Numbered from the stretch's first letter, positions 13,799-27,226 are shown. The stretch is 64,000 nt of DNA from Octopus sinensis (GCF_006345805.1 NC_043002.1:103974001-104038000), one strand, 5' to 3'. Numbers and translations are program-made. Notes: a model not told the origin generated them from the letters alone.

Positions 13799-13930
13799 CT
13801 GGCACTTCGTCGGTTAATACGATGAGTGTTGCAGTTCATCTACTCAATAGAACAGATTGTTCTTGAAATTAGCGTACACGTGGCTGAGCCCACTACAGAC
13901 ACGCGTGCCCTTAACATAGTTATAGAGATT
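13799..13930 (-). mobile_element. SINE 3' module (GGAGTGCCA-ending tail)
   Basis: Reverse complement matches 35850-35977 and 59060-59182. Confidence 0.65.
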
Positions 13931-14067
13931 CACGTCTGAAATAAAGTTAGATCCATTTTTACCAGTCGAGTGAAATGAAGCAACGTGAAATACAATGTGT
14001 TGCACTGGCAATCCTTTCTCCTAGCATTTTGTGCTAACTGTGCGTTGTTTTCATCTTTTAAACATTA

Positions 14068-14437
14068 CTTGCAGTATCACCCGGCGTTGCTCGGGTTTGT
14101 TTCGACCCTTTAGAATTGGAATTTTTGAAAAGTAAAAATTTTTCATCATGTAGCTTGTTATTCTCTTTAAATGAACATTTTTCTTGTTGAAATAGACCGA
14201 AAAATGGCGACACAGCAGTAAAAAACAAATGTAAAAAAATAGGGATTTTCATAGAAAAAAGCATCTTTTTGATGTAAATAATTTTTGGTGTTAACATGGT
14301 CCGATTTGAAATTTTTCTTCTACGGAGGGAAAAGCAAACCTTCTTGCCCTTGCGCCGCAGGGTCTCGGAGGAGATAGTGTTAGTTGAAGGCTGCCAAACC
14401 TGCCACACACAGACAACTTCAGCATTATATATAGAGA
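14068..14437 (-). mobile_element. Full-length non-autonomous Helitron (370 bp; 3' CTAG mutated to CAAG)
   Basis: Minus strand A^TCTCTATATATAATGCTGAAG ... CCCGAGCAACGCCGGG TGATACTG CAAG^T; same 3' hairpin as 3577-3960. Confidence 0.85.
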
Positions 14438-15174
14438 TTATAAACCTTTGATATACTTGATAGTATATTAAGCATTCAAAGTGAAATACGGTGTCCTACC
14501 AGCAAATTAATATATAGGTACCATTTGTCAGGAATGCATTTAACCTTTAAATTGGTCTCGACCAATAGTGTTACACTTCTAACTGTAAAGGCTACTTAAG
14601 CAATTGAAGCGTATTCATGGATTAGATGTAGTTCTATTTTTCTATCTTCTTTCGAATTGCATACATAGATGTATTCCTATACGATACGTCATAAGAGCTG
14701 TAAATTCTACAGATAAGCTGTAGAGTTAAACTAGAAATTGAACATATGAATATTTATGTACTGGATACACATAGTTCCCACCACATCACCATTAGATTAG
14801 TCGTCTTCAATTTGAGCATATGGTCTACATCCATCCGTAGTTTAGGTAATTTTATGTATATCAACACTGTGGCAAGAAAATATGAAACTGGAGTCAGCTG
14901 CTTATGCACAAGGTACTTTTCTACATTTGTTACAATGGCGGAACATTTTGAATTATTTATTACTTCCGTCTCTCATATCCGGTCAATAAATTTTTGAAAA
15001 GAAAAATTCCATTTCAGCTTTACGTTTTTCTTACCTTCATATTCTTTATATAGAGGCGATAAACATTTAAGTCAAATAAAGGTTAGTCACCAAGATTAAG
15101 GATTTAAGTTTCTCCTAAATCTAGCTAATGTGATAACAAACCAAATTTGGTTAAGAAATGTACACATATCAAAT

Positions 15175-15560
15175 TTTGGGGCACATGCATCACAACAATA
15201 TGTGCGCGACATGGTGATCTTCTATCAAGGTAAGCAGGGCATGACCTTGCAGGAGGACTCAGTCAGAATTTTCTTCAAATCGTGCAGCGCATCGCGCTCA
15301 AAAGGTCCCTGAATAAGGGCTGTTTAATGTTGAACTTAACACTCCTAAATCTAGCTATTGACATAACAAATTTAGTTAAGAAAGGTATACATATCAAATT
15401 TTGTCATTTGCTCTATTTAAAGTTAATGGAGGTGGCTACACCCGACAAAGGTATAAATCGTGTCCAACAAGTGTAAACACTCATGTAGATCGAAGTAACA
15501 TGGTTGAGTTATTGAATACTTAACACGTGGGTTAGCTGGCAAGAATGGTCAGCAAGAAAG
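15175..15560. mobile_element. Interspersed repeat family D (also 24890-25435 and, inverted, 47200-47600)
   Basis: GCGCGACATGGTGAT..TATCAAG..GCATGA..AGAATTTTCTTCA..CGCTCAAAAGG..GAATAAGGGCTGTTTAA is shared among copies. Confidence 0.7.
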
Positions 15561-15712
15561 ATGCAGTCAATTTCTCTACATGTGTTATATTGATTTTAAC
15601 GAACGTGTAACCTCATGCATTTATGCAAATATCTATATATTTACTTCTGTGCTTCTATCATATTATGTATCTTTCTTTATATGCTATTTTCCATCTCTCC
15701 ACATCTCTCTCA

Positions 15713-15743
<31 letters not shown>

Positions 15744-15763
15744 ACTATATACACTATGCATGC

Positions 15764-15825
<62 letters not shown>

Positions 15826-15834
15826 ATTATATAT

Positions 15835-15889
<55 letters not shown>

Positions 15890-15890
15890 G

Positions 15891-15942
<52 letters not shown>

Positions 15943-16311
15943 TAAGGGTAGAAATTGATATTTATCAATAAGACCAGTGGTCTAGCATATTAAAAAAGAA
16001 TCCGAAGATTAAAATATTTATATATACCAATTAAGGACTGAACACGAAAAGTGGACAGTCAACATGCTAGATATAGACGTCAAATCGCCGTTCACCACAA
16101 AAGATTAATTAATTTTATATAAATAAATATGTTCTCTAACCGATAAATTGACTGCTGCTAATTATTAGCTGCAGGCTAGTTTTCTCGGGCCTCAACGCGC
16201 TAAAGTAAAGGCATTTGAAAGATATATTCAAATGTAATAGGCTGAACTCCATGCACGCGATATTTCGGTATCGTGTTTGCATCTAGTCCAGCAAATTGCA
16301 TTTATAACGGA

Positions 16312-16375
16312 CCATGCTGATGATGGCTGCAGTTTTCCTTGCGGAAAATAACAGTCGAAACTAATTAGTACATGG
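16312..16375 (+). ncRNA. Type I hammerhead ribozyme (intact core)
   Basis: CCAUG-CUGAUGA-U-GGCUG(..UUUUCC uugc GGAAAA..)CAGUC-GAAA-CUAAUUAG-UA^-CAUGG: stems I, II and III, both core boxes and a GUA triplet; predicted cut after 16370. Confidence 0.88.
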
Positions 16376-16812
16376 GTAATATTTTATTTCGTATATATTT
16401 CACTTGTTTATGCTATGGTTTTGTGCTGGTTGATCTGAGAACATAATCTTTTGTGGTGAATGGCGATTTGACGTCTATATCAGCATGAATCTTGAAGTCC
16501 ACTTTTCGTTTTCAGTCCTAATTGGTATATATAAATATTTTTAATCTTCGGATTCTTTTTTAATATGCTAGACCACTGGTCTTAATATAAATATCAATTT
16601 CTAACCTTAATTAATTTTATATAAATAAATATGTTCTCTAACCGATAAATTGACTGCTGCTAATTATTAGCTGCAGGCTAGTTTTCTCGGGCCTCAACGC
16701 GCCAAAGTAAGGCATTTGAAAGATATATTCAAATGTAATAGGCTGAACTCCATGCACGCGATATTTCGGTATCGTGTTTGCATCTAGTCCAGCAAATTGC
16801 ATTTATAACGGA

Positions 16813-16876
16813 CCATGCTGATGATGGCTGCAGTTTTCCTTGCGGAAAATAACAGTCGAAACTAATTAGCACATGT
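16813..16876 (+). ncRNA. Second hammerhead copy with mutated triplet (GCA)
   Basis: Identical to 16312-16375 except T>C at the conserved U16.1 (16870) and one stem I change. Confidence 0.75.
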
Positions 16877-17036
16877 GTAATTATTTTATTTCGTATATAT
16901 TTCACTTGTTTATTGCTATGGTTTTGTGCTGAGTTTGATCTGAGAACATAATCTTTTGTGGTGAATGGCGATTTGACGTCTATATCTAGCATGTTGACTG
17001 TCCACTTTTCGTGTTCAGTCCTTAATTGGTATATAT

Positions 17037-17077
<41 letters not shown>

Positions 17078-17183
17078 TATATACACACATATGTAGATAT
17101 TTACATGTATATACATGTATGAAATTACATATATTTGCACAGATCACATGAAAACGTGTATAAGCACATGCATGTTATATACT

Positions 17184-17214
<31 letters not shown>

Positions 17215-17217
17215 ATA

Positions 17218-17324
<107 letters not shown>

Positions 17325-17916
17325 GCATATGCAAATATATGCATGTAAGCATTTGTATCTATTTATCTATATCTAGGATCGTGAATTATGCGGCAAGCAT
17401 GAATAAATGTGAAAACCCGGATATGGAAAATAGAAAACAAGAAATATTGGAAAAAAATATCTACACACACAAAACTAAGGAAAACAAAATTTAAAAAAAA
17501 CGAACGTATTATATTCCTGTAGGTTTAAATGAATACTTAGAAATAATTGGACTCATAAGAGTATGGTAAAACAAACGAAGCAGAAATAATAAGTTTCTTT
17601 AATAAAATTCTTCACTAAAATACGTTGAAGAAATCCTTTTAGTGGAAAAACATTTTTGTTTTTTCCTAAAATCGGAATATAAATATTGGGCTGAAAAACA
17701 AAATGCATTTTTTTTTAATTCGCACATTTATTTATTATTATTTCTTGAATTACTTTTTATTTTTATAGCTCTGCATGTTTTAAGATATATAAATCGATGG
17801 ATATATAAAACAATTATGTTTTATATGCGCATACGAGAGTAAATGGTAACATATCCGTATACACTTTCGTACACATGAAAAAAAAATAGAGATACGCATG
17901 TGCGTCTACGTGTTTA

Positions 17917-17958
<42 letters not shown>

Positions 17959-18719
17959 TGTGTGTGTGTTGTGTGTGTGTGTGTCTGTGTGCAAAGACTT
18001 ATCCACATGCACACACACAAATACGTACCTGCACAAACATTTCAGTAACTGTAACTCTCTTTCTCTTTCATATGTGTGCATATATATATGTGTGCATATA
18101 TATATGTGTGTATATATATATATATATATGTGCGTGTGTGTGCACACCATATATTTATGCATACCAAGATATATTCATCTAGATACACACACAGACACAT
18201 ACATATATAAAGAAAGAGGGCTGCGTGCTTCATATATATAGACTCATACAATATTTATTCATAAATGCGTGTTCCCATAGTAACGAAAGGTAGGTATATC
18301 GTAGCTTATTGAAGCATATTTTCAAATGACACGAAGATTAGGAAACGAAGAAACAAAACGAAAACAACAACTGTATTAACACGAATAACAACAACAAGAA
18401 TATATACCTTGAAAAAAATTCAAATCAGCAAATATGAGATAGTCTTCAACTAGCTGAAGGATATTGTACTAGGTTTGAGGAAATAACACTACACGCACAC
18501 ACATTTGCACGCACTCACAAACGCACACAAACGCACACAAACACATACACGTGTATGTATAGTTTTACTATATCATAACTGTACATCTTGTAATGTGTCA
18601 ACTCCTTTCATACCAGGTTGAAGGAGACGGCTCTGGCAGCACATTGATCGCACCGTACGAAATACTGATTGTCGCAGCTGACTAGCTCAAAGAAGGCAGC
18701 TGGGCCGTGAGGTCAATTC

Positions 18720-18875
18720 GGAAGCTCGTTATTCAAATAAAAGTTTGTGTTAAACTAAGCAAAAACGCCACAGAAACCGATGAAATGCTGAACTCCGCTT
18801 CTGGATTGATTTGCATCAGCCGGGCATTTGGTTTTTCGCGCGAGCAGAGAAAAGTTTGAGGTACGGCAGTGTCAA
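18720..18875 (+). mobile_element. Mariner transposase N-terminal HTH remnant
   Basis: IKVCVKLSKNATETDEMLNSASGLICISRAF resembles the mariner IKFCVKLGKxATETxEML..AYG..xSR..VF motif. Confidence 0.75.
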
Positions 18876-19092
18876 GAAGCAAAACCGATTAGATGTTATA
18901 TAGGCTTACACATACAAGCATACAGAAATCCCACGACTATCGGAGGGTGTGGGGATGTTCCAACCCCCACCCCCACAGAAAGGCCCCCCCCAATACCTAT
19001 AGGACGCAGAAACCCGCGATATACTAGGTGCCGATTGGTGAACCGCCATATGGCAAGGATTACTGTGTGTGTATATATACAATATATATACA

Positions 19093-19145
<53 letters not shown>

Positions 19146-19161
19146 ATATATATATATAGTA

Positions 19162-19201
<40 letters not shown>

Positions 19202-19290
19202 CAATTGAGGGTAAAATTAATTAATTATTAATCAATTTCACCAAGTATTCAGTATGTAAAGGGACCATTATAGGCGAATTCAAAATATTA

Positions 19291-19384
<94 letters not shown>

Positions 19385-20126
19385 AGTTGTGCTCTAGCCG
19401 AACGATCTGGGCAAATGATTTCTTTTCAGTGATCAGAGTTCACTCTCTCCATCAAATATCCCTAGTTTGATCAGGTGCCGAAGTGATCGCACAGCGTATT
19501 GAGATATGTTTTACTCAATATCACAAAGCACCATCCGGTCTAGGAATTGAACCCACGATCGGCAAATCATGAGTACAACACACTGAGCAATACACCATGC
19601 GCCCACAAATATCTATCTATCTATGCAACTATCTATATATTTCTATATGTGTGTTTACGTGTATGTATATATATATATATATGTAACTACCTATTTATGC
19701 ATCTATGTATCTACATATACATATGTATGTATATATATATACATATATATACACATATATATATTATATATATATATATAATATATAATATTATATTAAT
19801 ATATATATATATAATAATATGAATGCTTGTACACGCGTAGTTATTGGTATTCTTAAAAACATGAAAATGGCCGGCGGATGTGATTTCTGTTATTGTGGGA
19901 TTGAAAAAGAATACATGGCGAATCAGAATTACGCTCAGAATATTTAGAAATGCAAAAAAAAAAAGAAAGAAAAAAGAAAAAAGAAGTGAATCCTTTTCAG
20001 AAATAAGCAAAACCTCGAAGGACTACAGTTGACGTACAAATTGCAGATATTAAATGTGCATTTGCATATATCTAGATACATCTATGGATGTGTATATATA
20101 TATATATACATATATAATATATACAT

Positions 20127-20262
20127 AGGAGTGGCTGTATGGTTCCGGGTTAAGTCCCACTGCGTGGCATCTTGGGCATGTGTGTGCTGCAACAGCCTCG
20201 GGTTAACCAAAGCCTTGTGAATGGATTTGGTAGACGGAAACTGAGAGAAGCTACGTACGTCG

Positions 20263-20312
<50 letters not shown>

Positions 20313-20558
20313 GTGTGTGTGTGTTTATGTGTGTGTGTGGGGGGTGGGGGAGGTTTGTGTGTGTTTGTGTGTCTGTGTTTCTACCCGACCATCGCTTGAC
20401 AACCGATGTTCCTGCGGTACGTCCCGTAAAATAGCTTTCCGGCCAAAGGGCCGATAAAATAAGTACTAGGCTTACAAAGAATAAGACCTGGGGTTCGATT
20501 TGTTCCACTAAAGGCTGTGCTCCTGCATGGCCGCAGTCGAATCTCTGAAACAAATAAA
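20127..20558 (+). mobile_element. tRNA-derived SINE, family B (CORE-like, internal TA/TG microsatellite)
   Basis: AGGAGTGGCTGT head, TCCCACTGCGTGGCATCTTGGGCA, internal microsatellite, GCATGGCCGCAGTC..CTGAAACAA tail. Confidence 0.85.
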
Positions 20559-20601
20559 CAAACACACAGACACTTAATATGTATATATATAATATATATA
20601 G

Positions 20602-20669
<68 letters not shown>

Positions 20670-22199
20670 CGTGTCTGTGTGTGCGTGAGAGAGGAGAGAG
20701 AGAGAGAGAGAGAGAGAGATTAAACACACATGTGCATGTACATACACATGTGTGTGATTGTGTGATTTGTGCGACAGTCTGGCTGTATTTGAGTATAGGA
20801 AGAAAATTGCTATTACACAATTGACGGTATCCGGCTATTTAAAACTATACACACACACGCAGATCTACACACTAACTTACACACACCGAATCACACATGA
20901 AACACACGTATACAGATATATGCAGATAAACATATATATATATATATATATATATACTTTTGTATATATATATGTGTGTGTATATATATACATATACATA
21001 TGTATATATATATATACATATATGACGCACATATTCTTTTTCATACACAGTCTTAGACATTCATATAGATGTACATTCACGCGCATACATACACATATAT
21101 TGACACACACACGCATATCTACATAAATATATCTCAAGCGATTTGCTCTATTTTCTACTTTTATCACAAAAAAAACTCTCTCAGCACGGAGACACGCATT
21201 TCTCATACACTCGCACACATATAAGCTCACAGAAGCTCACTCGCACTCACAGACAATCTCACATACACACATACACACATATATTTATATATGCACACAT
21301 CTATTTGTACCGTGAATTATAAAAATCAACGCCGACGTTTTCAATCTAGGTGTTAACTATTGCGAAAGTGAAATTTTAATTAAAATTGAGATGACACTAA
21401 ACATAATGTTATTTGATAAATTGTTCACATTTTCTTTGGCAGTTTTATATGAGGAATTTTTTTTTCTAATTTATTCCATAAAATGAGAGAATTATGGATT
21501 TCTCTTAGACGCCACTTACTGCCTTTGATTAATTGTTAGAATTTGACATACGCAATATTTGCGAAATTTATCCATAAAAGTTTAAGAACAATGTATATTT
21601 AATATCCAGCGAAAATTTTTGATTCGGCAACGTTTCTTAATATCTCTGTCACCATTCTCTCTCTCCCTCTCTCTCTAACCTCTCTCTCTCTCCCTCTCTC
21701 TCTCTTTCTCTCTCTCTCATACATTCGTTCAAAGACACACATACATTACTCTCTGCGTATCTGTTTATCTCTATGTTTGCCTCTCTCTATCTCTCTCTTT
21801 CTCGGTCTCTTCTCTCTCTTTTTCTATTTACGCATGTATATATCTATCTGTCAGTCTGTCTGTCTGTCCTATAAGTCTATGTATCTATATATGCGTGTAT
21901 ATATATAAAACGTCACATCCGATCACAGCACCAATAACAGTTAAGCTTCGTGCAATGGCCATAGTCGATAACGATGGGGCAGCCAATATGTATATATGTA
22001 TCTATCTATCTATTATTCTATCTATAATACACATCTATCTATCGGTCTGCGTTTCTACTCACCTATCGAGCTAGTATATGTAAATGTGTGTTTTCTATGT
22101 TAAGTTATAATAAAAACAAACTTCTATCAATCTGGATGATGCCTCACTCCTTTTTTGTAAGGTACATATTTTTTTATTCTAGAAAAAAAAAAACTGTCG

Positions 22200-22880
22200 A
22201 TAATGACTTCGAAGTTTCGGCCTGCTGAGCCATCCTCGAACTATCGTACGTTTGCGATAAACCTAAGATTAAAATTATCCGGGACGAACAGTTGAATAAT
22301 GTTTAGGTTGTGATGGAAACGAAATATGAATGATTTGTATTGATTAGTTTCGAGGTTGTTTATCAACATGGACCTAGTCATGCGTAGAAAACTTAGTGTT
22401 CAGGTGTGTGTATGTGTGTGTGTGTGTCAGCTTCTGTTCTTGGGGTTATTAAGGATTCACAAACGAATGTAGGGAGGTGAAAAGATTCGTTCGTCAGCAG
22501 ATGTGTTGCTAGGTTTTGTTTCTGTTCGTTCTTTTTAGAAGCTGATGGATAATTAACCGTTTACTTTCGGGAATGAGAAGGTTAAATTGCAGAGTTCAGT
22601 CCAGTATTTAAAGATATGTGTTTATAGAAGATTCAAGTGGAAAGTCTAAAGATGGTCATTAGATTTCTATACTTGTTGCTGGTGACATTTATGAAATTTA
22701 ACTTGCTTGTTTTGGGAAAGTTAGGGTCATCAGACAAGCATGTAAATTTTACATATCATCTGCTTCAACAATCCTGTGATTATAAAAGAAAGACAACACC
22801 AGAGGGAGTAATTGTATGTATACGCTACAAGATAATGCATTTCGTCAGTGGATTAGCTAGTTTACGTCATCAGTAATAAA
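22200..22880 (-). mobile_element. Decayed Penelope-like element remnant with degenerate hammerhead motifs
   Basis: Minus strand DPNFPK-like segment (~22710-22730) recalls the post-RT region of PLEs; HHR-like motifs at 22205-22245 and 22834-22875. Confidence 0.45.
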
Positions 22881-22929
22881 GTATTCATATTTCATACAGA
22901 AAAGATATATCAATATACGGAGCTCTTAG

Positions 22930-23090
22930 GGTGGTGTATAGCAGACTCGTTACCGTCCCCGGGAAAATGCTTGCGTTTCATTCTTTCGGGATCAATAAAG
23001 TAATTACTGATCCAGCACTGGGGGTCGATGTAATTGCCTGAGTCCTTTTGTGAAATTGCTGGCCTTGCGCCAAAAATTTGAAACTAATAT
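22930..23090 (+). mobile_element. SINE family A fragment
   Basis: TTTCATTCTTTCGGGATCAATAAAG..GCACTGGGGGTCGATGTAAT..AAATTGCTGGCCTTG. Confidence 0.6.
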
Positions 23091-23609
23091 AACGAGTCTC
23101 TAATAGTAAGGGACCTATGATTACAATCAGAGGTGATGAATTAAAACAAAAGCTACTCTCTACATATTGATTATATACACCCGTGATATAGTCAAGCTGT
23201 TCTAATAGGAAATCGGTTATCGATTACTAATGCGTGTGATGTATTTGTAATCGATAAACAAAACCTACTTGTAGTTAGTGAATTTCATTGAAATAACGAA
23301 GAAGTTAACTTAGAAGAAAGCATTTTTTTCAGAATCCGACTTCAGACCATTCCCTTCGTTCGCTATTGCAGATGCATATTTGGGTAAAACTTAAGCAAGA
23401 GGAATGCCCAAAACACGAGGAAACAATCGTGCTTGCCAATACCAGATGATGATGATGTGTGTGTGTAATTGTGTGTGTGAGTGGGTGTCTGTGTGTGCGC
23501 GTGTGTGCGTGTTTTGGTATAAGTGTGTGTTGATATAAACACAAGGGTCATTTAAGGATGTTCAACGAAACATCTATGTTTCCAGAGATGCGGAGATAGA
23601 AACACAAGT

Positions 23610-23885
23610 GAAGTCGCGTGACTTAGCGCTTCTTGTTTTCGGATCGCGGTTGTAAAGGCGTGAGTTCAATTCCTGGCAGCTCACTGTGTCCTTGAGCAAG
23701 ACACATTAGTTTTCGTTGTGTGCACTCCTCTAGCAAAAATGAATAGTACTTCTATTTGAAAAAGCTAGCCTTGTCCCATTCTGAGGACTATGTTCCGTCA
23801 GCCATTCGCATGTCAAGTTCACGAGCAGTTTGTTCCATTGGTCAGAACAAGAGGAGCATTTGTCGTAGACGACGGAGAACCAGAG
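23610..23885 (+). mobile_element. Decayed SINE (CORE-like head + GGAGTGCCA-type tail)
   Basis: GAGTTCAATTCC B-box, TGTGTCCTTGAGCAAGACAC, tail homologous to 35800-35977. Confidence 0.6.
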
Positions 23886-24679
23886 AGAACCAAGCGTTTG
23901 TATGTTTATATCTATACTTTAATACTTGATTGTGCGTGCGTGTATGTATGTGTGTGCGCGCATATGTGTGTATATATGTTTGTGCTTGTTTGTGTGTGTG
24001 TGTGTGTGTGCTTGTCCGTATATGTTAGTGTTGTCCGTGCTTCTACGAGCGTGAATACGTCTGTGAATGTGTGTGAGTTCCGGTGTTTGTTTCAAAACTA
24101 TTAAGTACAGGATTCTGTTCTAAAATTTGTAAGAGATGTCAAAATAAATTCTCTTCAACGAAACATATTTTTAGGACAGTCTTAATCATGAAATTATATT
24201 TCTAATGAATTTACCAATGTATTTCGCTCGAGTTGTTGGAGAAATGATGTGGATTCGTGTCGCTGTTGTAAACAATCAATATAGATTATTGCTAATTGCT
24301 GTTTCCGGCAGTTTGATACGTCAAATTTATTTGAAGGATTCTGCGTTAATTAGAATGCAGGAAAATCCATCGCTCCAGGTGTAATTATTCCTCATTCTAA
24401 AACGGTAAACAGGAATCGTGTCGTATGTAAGTAAATCAAGCAGTTTGCGCGAAACTAACATAGGAATTTCTGATGTTTTATCCCCTTTCAGTAGTATTCC
24501 GATATTGTACTGCAGGGTCGTGCGAAAGAAACAAACTATGAACATCACCACCACCACCACTACCAACACCGCCACCAACATCATCATCATCATCACCATC
24601 ATCATCGTCGTCGTCGTCGTCGTCGTCATCATTCATCATCATCTTCATTATCATATTGATCGTCATCATCTTCATCCAG

Positions 24680-24875
24680 AGGCGAGTGGCATAATCGTTA
24701 ACAAGCCGGGCAATATGCTTAGCGGCATTTCGTCCGTCCTTAGGCTCCGCCCAGCTTAACTTTGCCTTTCATCCTTTCGGGCTGTATGTGCTAAGTTCTA
24801 GTTACGCCCTGAGATCGATGTAATCAACTGTCCACTACATTTAATTTTCAGGCCTTGTGTCTATCGCGGAAAGAT
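24680..24875 (+). mobile_element. SINE family A, decayed
   Basis: GGCGAGTGGCATAATCGTTA..CTTTGCCTTTCATCCTTTCGG. Confidence 0.7.
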
Positions 24876-24889
24876 TTTTTTTTATTATT

Positions 24890-25435
24890 GAGTGAGAAAG
24901 CAGCGCATGACATCAAAGTGACCCTAGGGTAAAACATACGAAACCCAGTATACCCATCATGACTACCCGTCTGATAAGGGCACACATGACAAAGGCATTA
25001 CAACAATATCTGCGCGACATGGTGATATCATATCAAGGTAGACAGGGCATGATCAGCAGGAGGAACAGTTAGAATTTTCTTCAGATCGTGCAGCCCATGC
25101 CGCTCAAAAGGGCCCCGAATAAGGGCTGTTTAACATTGTTGAACAAAACACCGATGTTTCTATGGGTGAATTATTCAAACTCCAGACAACTACTCTCAGC
25201 ACATACCTATGATACTTCTCTATTAATTCTACTCGTAATTACAGCCACGAAAAGACATGGTCAACAGGTTAAGGTCAAGCAACTGACGAGCAAGTCTGCG
25301 GTATTGAGCAGAATAATTGATGTAACCCATCTTTTAAACCAAATCAAAACAATGTACATGGCAACACTTCCATTTAGTTAAGATCAGAAGCCTTGAGAGT
25401 CAATGCTGGATATTGTACTGCATCAGGACATTTAT
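24890..25435. mobile_element. Interspersed repeat family D
   Basis: Longest copy of the repeat also at 15175 and 47200. Confidence 0.7.
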
Positions 25436-25464
25436 TATTGTTGATATTATTACTGCTATTGTTT

Positions 25465-25531
<67 letters not shown>

Positions 25532-25687
25532 CCAACAACAACAACAACCAATAATAATAATAATAATAATAATGGTAATAATATTATTATTATTATTATT
25601 ATTATCATCATCTTCATCATCATCATCGTCATCATCATCATCATCATTATCATCATCGTCATCATCATCATCATCATCATCATCATC

Positions 25688-25729
<42 letters not shown>

Positions 25730-27091
25730 ACAACATCATCATTATTAAGGTTATCGTTATTGCTGTAGCAGTAGAGTGGCAGAAAAGTTTGACAATTGCA
25801 AAATATACTCTGTTTCGTTTCTTTCATGCTATTTTTGTTCTCTGTTCTCATCCCGCTGAAGTCAAGGTCGCTCTTTTCCCTCCGAGGTGGATAAAACCAT
25901 CCCCCAGCGCATCAACAGGCTTGATGTCATCGTCTAAACCCCTAACATTGAAGTCGCTGGCATTTAGCTTCAAATATGATTACTATTGTTTTTTTTTTTT
26001 TGTTTTTTTTTATTGCTTTTGATATTAAAAAGATTTATCTAATTAGAAGCTGTAATGAAAAATTACATGGGTTGAAAATTATCACCAGCGCAATCACCGT
26101 AAAACTATACACGTTAAAGTAATTAATCCCAATCGTTTTCGAGGGAATAAAATTGAGGTGAGAGGGTAGATCGATTAAATCGACGTTCATTACTTGATTA
26201 TATTTCATCGAACCTAAAAGAATGAAAGGTAATGTTAAGATTCGATGGGATTTGGGCTCAGAACGTAGAAAGCGGAAGAAACACCAAGGCTGCATATTTT
26301 CTTAACGCTCTCTTCCTTATCTCACTCTCTCTCCCTCACTCTCTCTCTCACTCTCTCTCTCTCTTTCTCTCTCTTATTTACTCCCACACGAAGAAAGAGT
26401 AGAAATTCTTCAATAGGAATCCATCGATTACGCTCACCTCCATATATTTAACGATGCAGGAAGAACGGAAGTGAATACTGAACTGGGATTTGTAAGATTA
26501 ACTGAGGACGTGAAATGCTGTCAGTAAATACCTAATTCTTATGTTCACCACTCCGCCATATTAATGCGGGTACCACAACGCTTTCCGGAAAATGAGTGTC
26601 CGGAACATCTTATAATCCTCCTTTAATTTAACCGAATTTACAAACACCTAGTGTTCTCTCTAATTGTTTGTGTAGATTCTGTATTTCGCTAATTTACAGA
26701 GTGTTGACCAAGGTAACCAATTCTCTGTAAGACAAGTTTGGGAGTCAAACGTTCCGAAAAATCAATAGAGCTTTACTACAAGAATTTGCTACAAGAATTT
26801 GCTACATTTCTAAATCTCTCAGAGAAATTTATACAGTAGTAACAAGATAAAGTTATAGTATGTTGTCAATTTAATGTGACAGTCCCATGAAAGGGAAGAA
26901 TACTACTGATATTTAGCCCACTAGGAAGTATCGCTTCCTGTCAGCCTTGACACATTTCCGGTGTCCTTACGTTTAAAAAGTGGGAGCAATAACTCAGCAA
27001 CTAATCCGCGGATGCTGGCTTTGTTGGGTGAATGTTCATTTACGTACAATTCCAGGAATTCAAAAATTTTTTATCGTCGTGTGCACATACG

Positions 27092-27127
<36 letters not shown>

Positions 27128-27195
27128 TCACAAACACACGCAGATAGTCATTGTCTATACACACGCATATCATTCTTTTGTTGTCTTGCCAGTAA

Positions 27196-27226
<31 letters not shown>

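Larger units (their letters stand above)
15929..17035 (+). mobile_element. Non-coding hammerhead-containing element: ~501-bp unit x1.85 plus an inverted partial copy, embedded in (TA)n (retrozyme / non-autonomous Penelope-like)
   Basis: 16105-16606 repeats at 16607-17035; 15929-16107 is the reverse complement of the unit's last ~175 bp; (TA)n on both flanks. Confidence 0.85.

Noticed and set aside
18020-18045. Minus-strand TGTTTGTGCAG|GTACGT recursive splice-like site
   Set aside because: Weak pyrimidine tract within TG-rich simple sequence.
26500-26525. CTGAGGA..GAAA hammerhead-like string
   Set aside because: No stem II; it lies in a decayed SINE.
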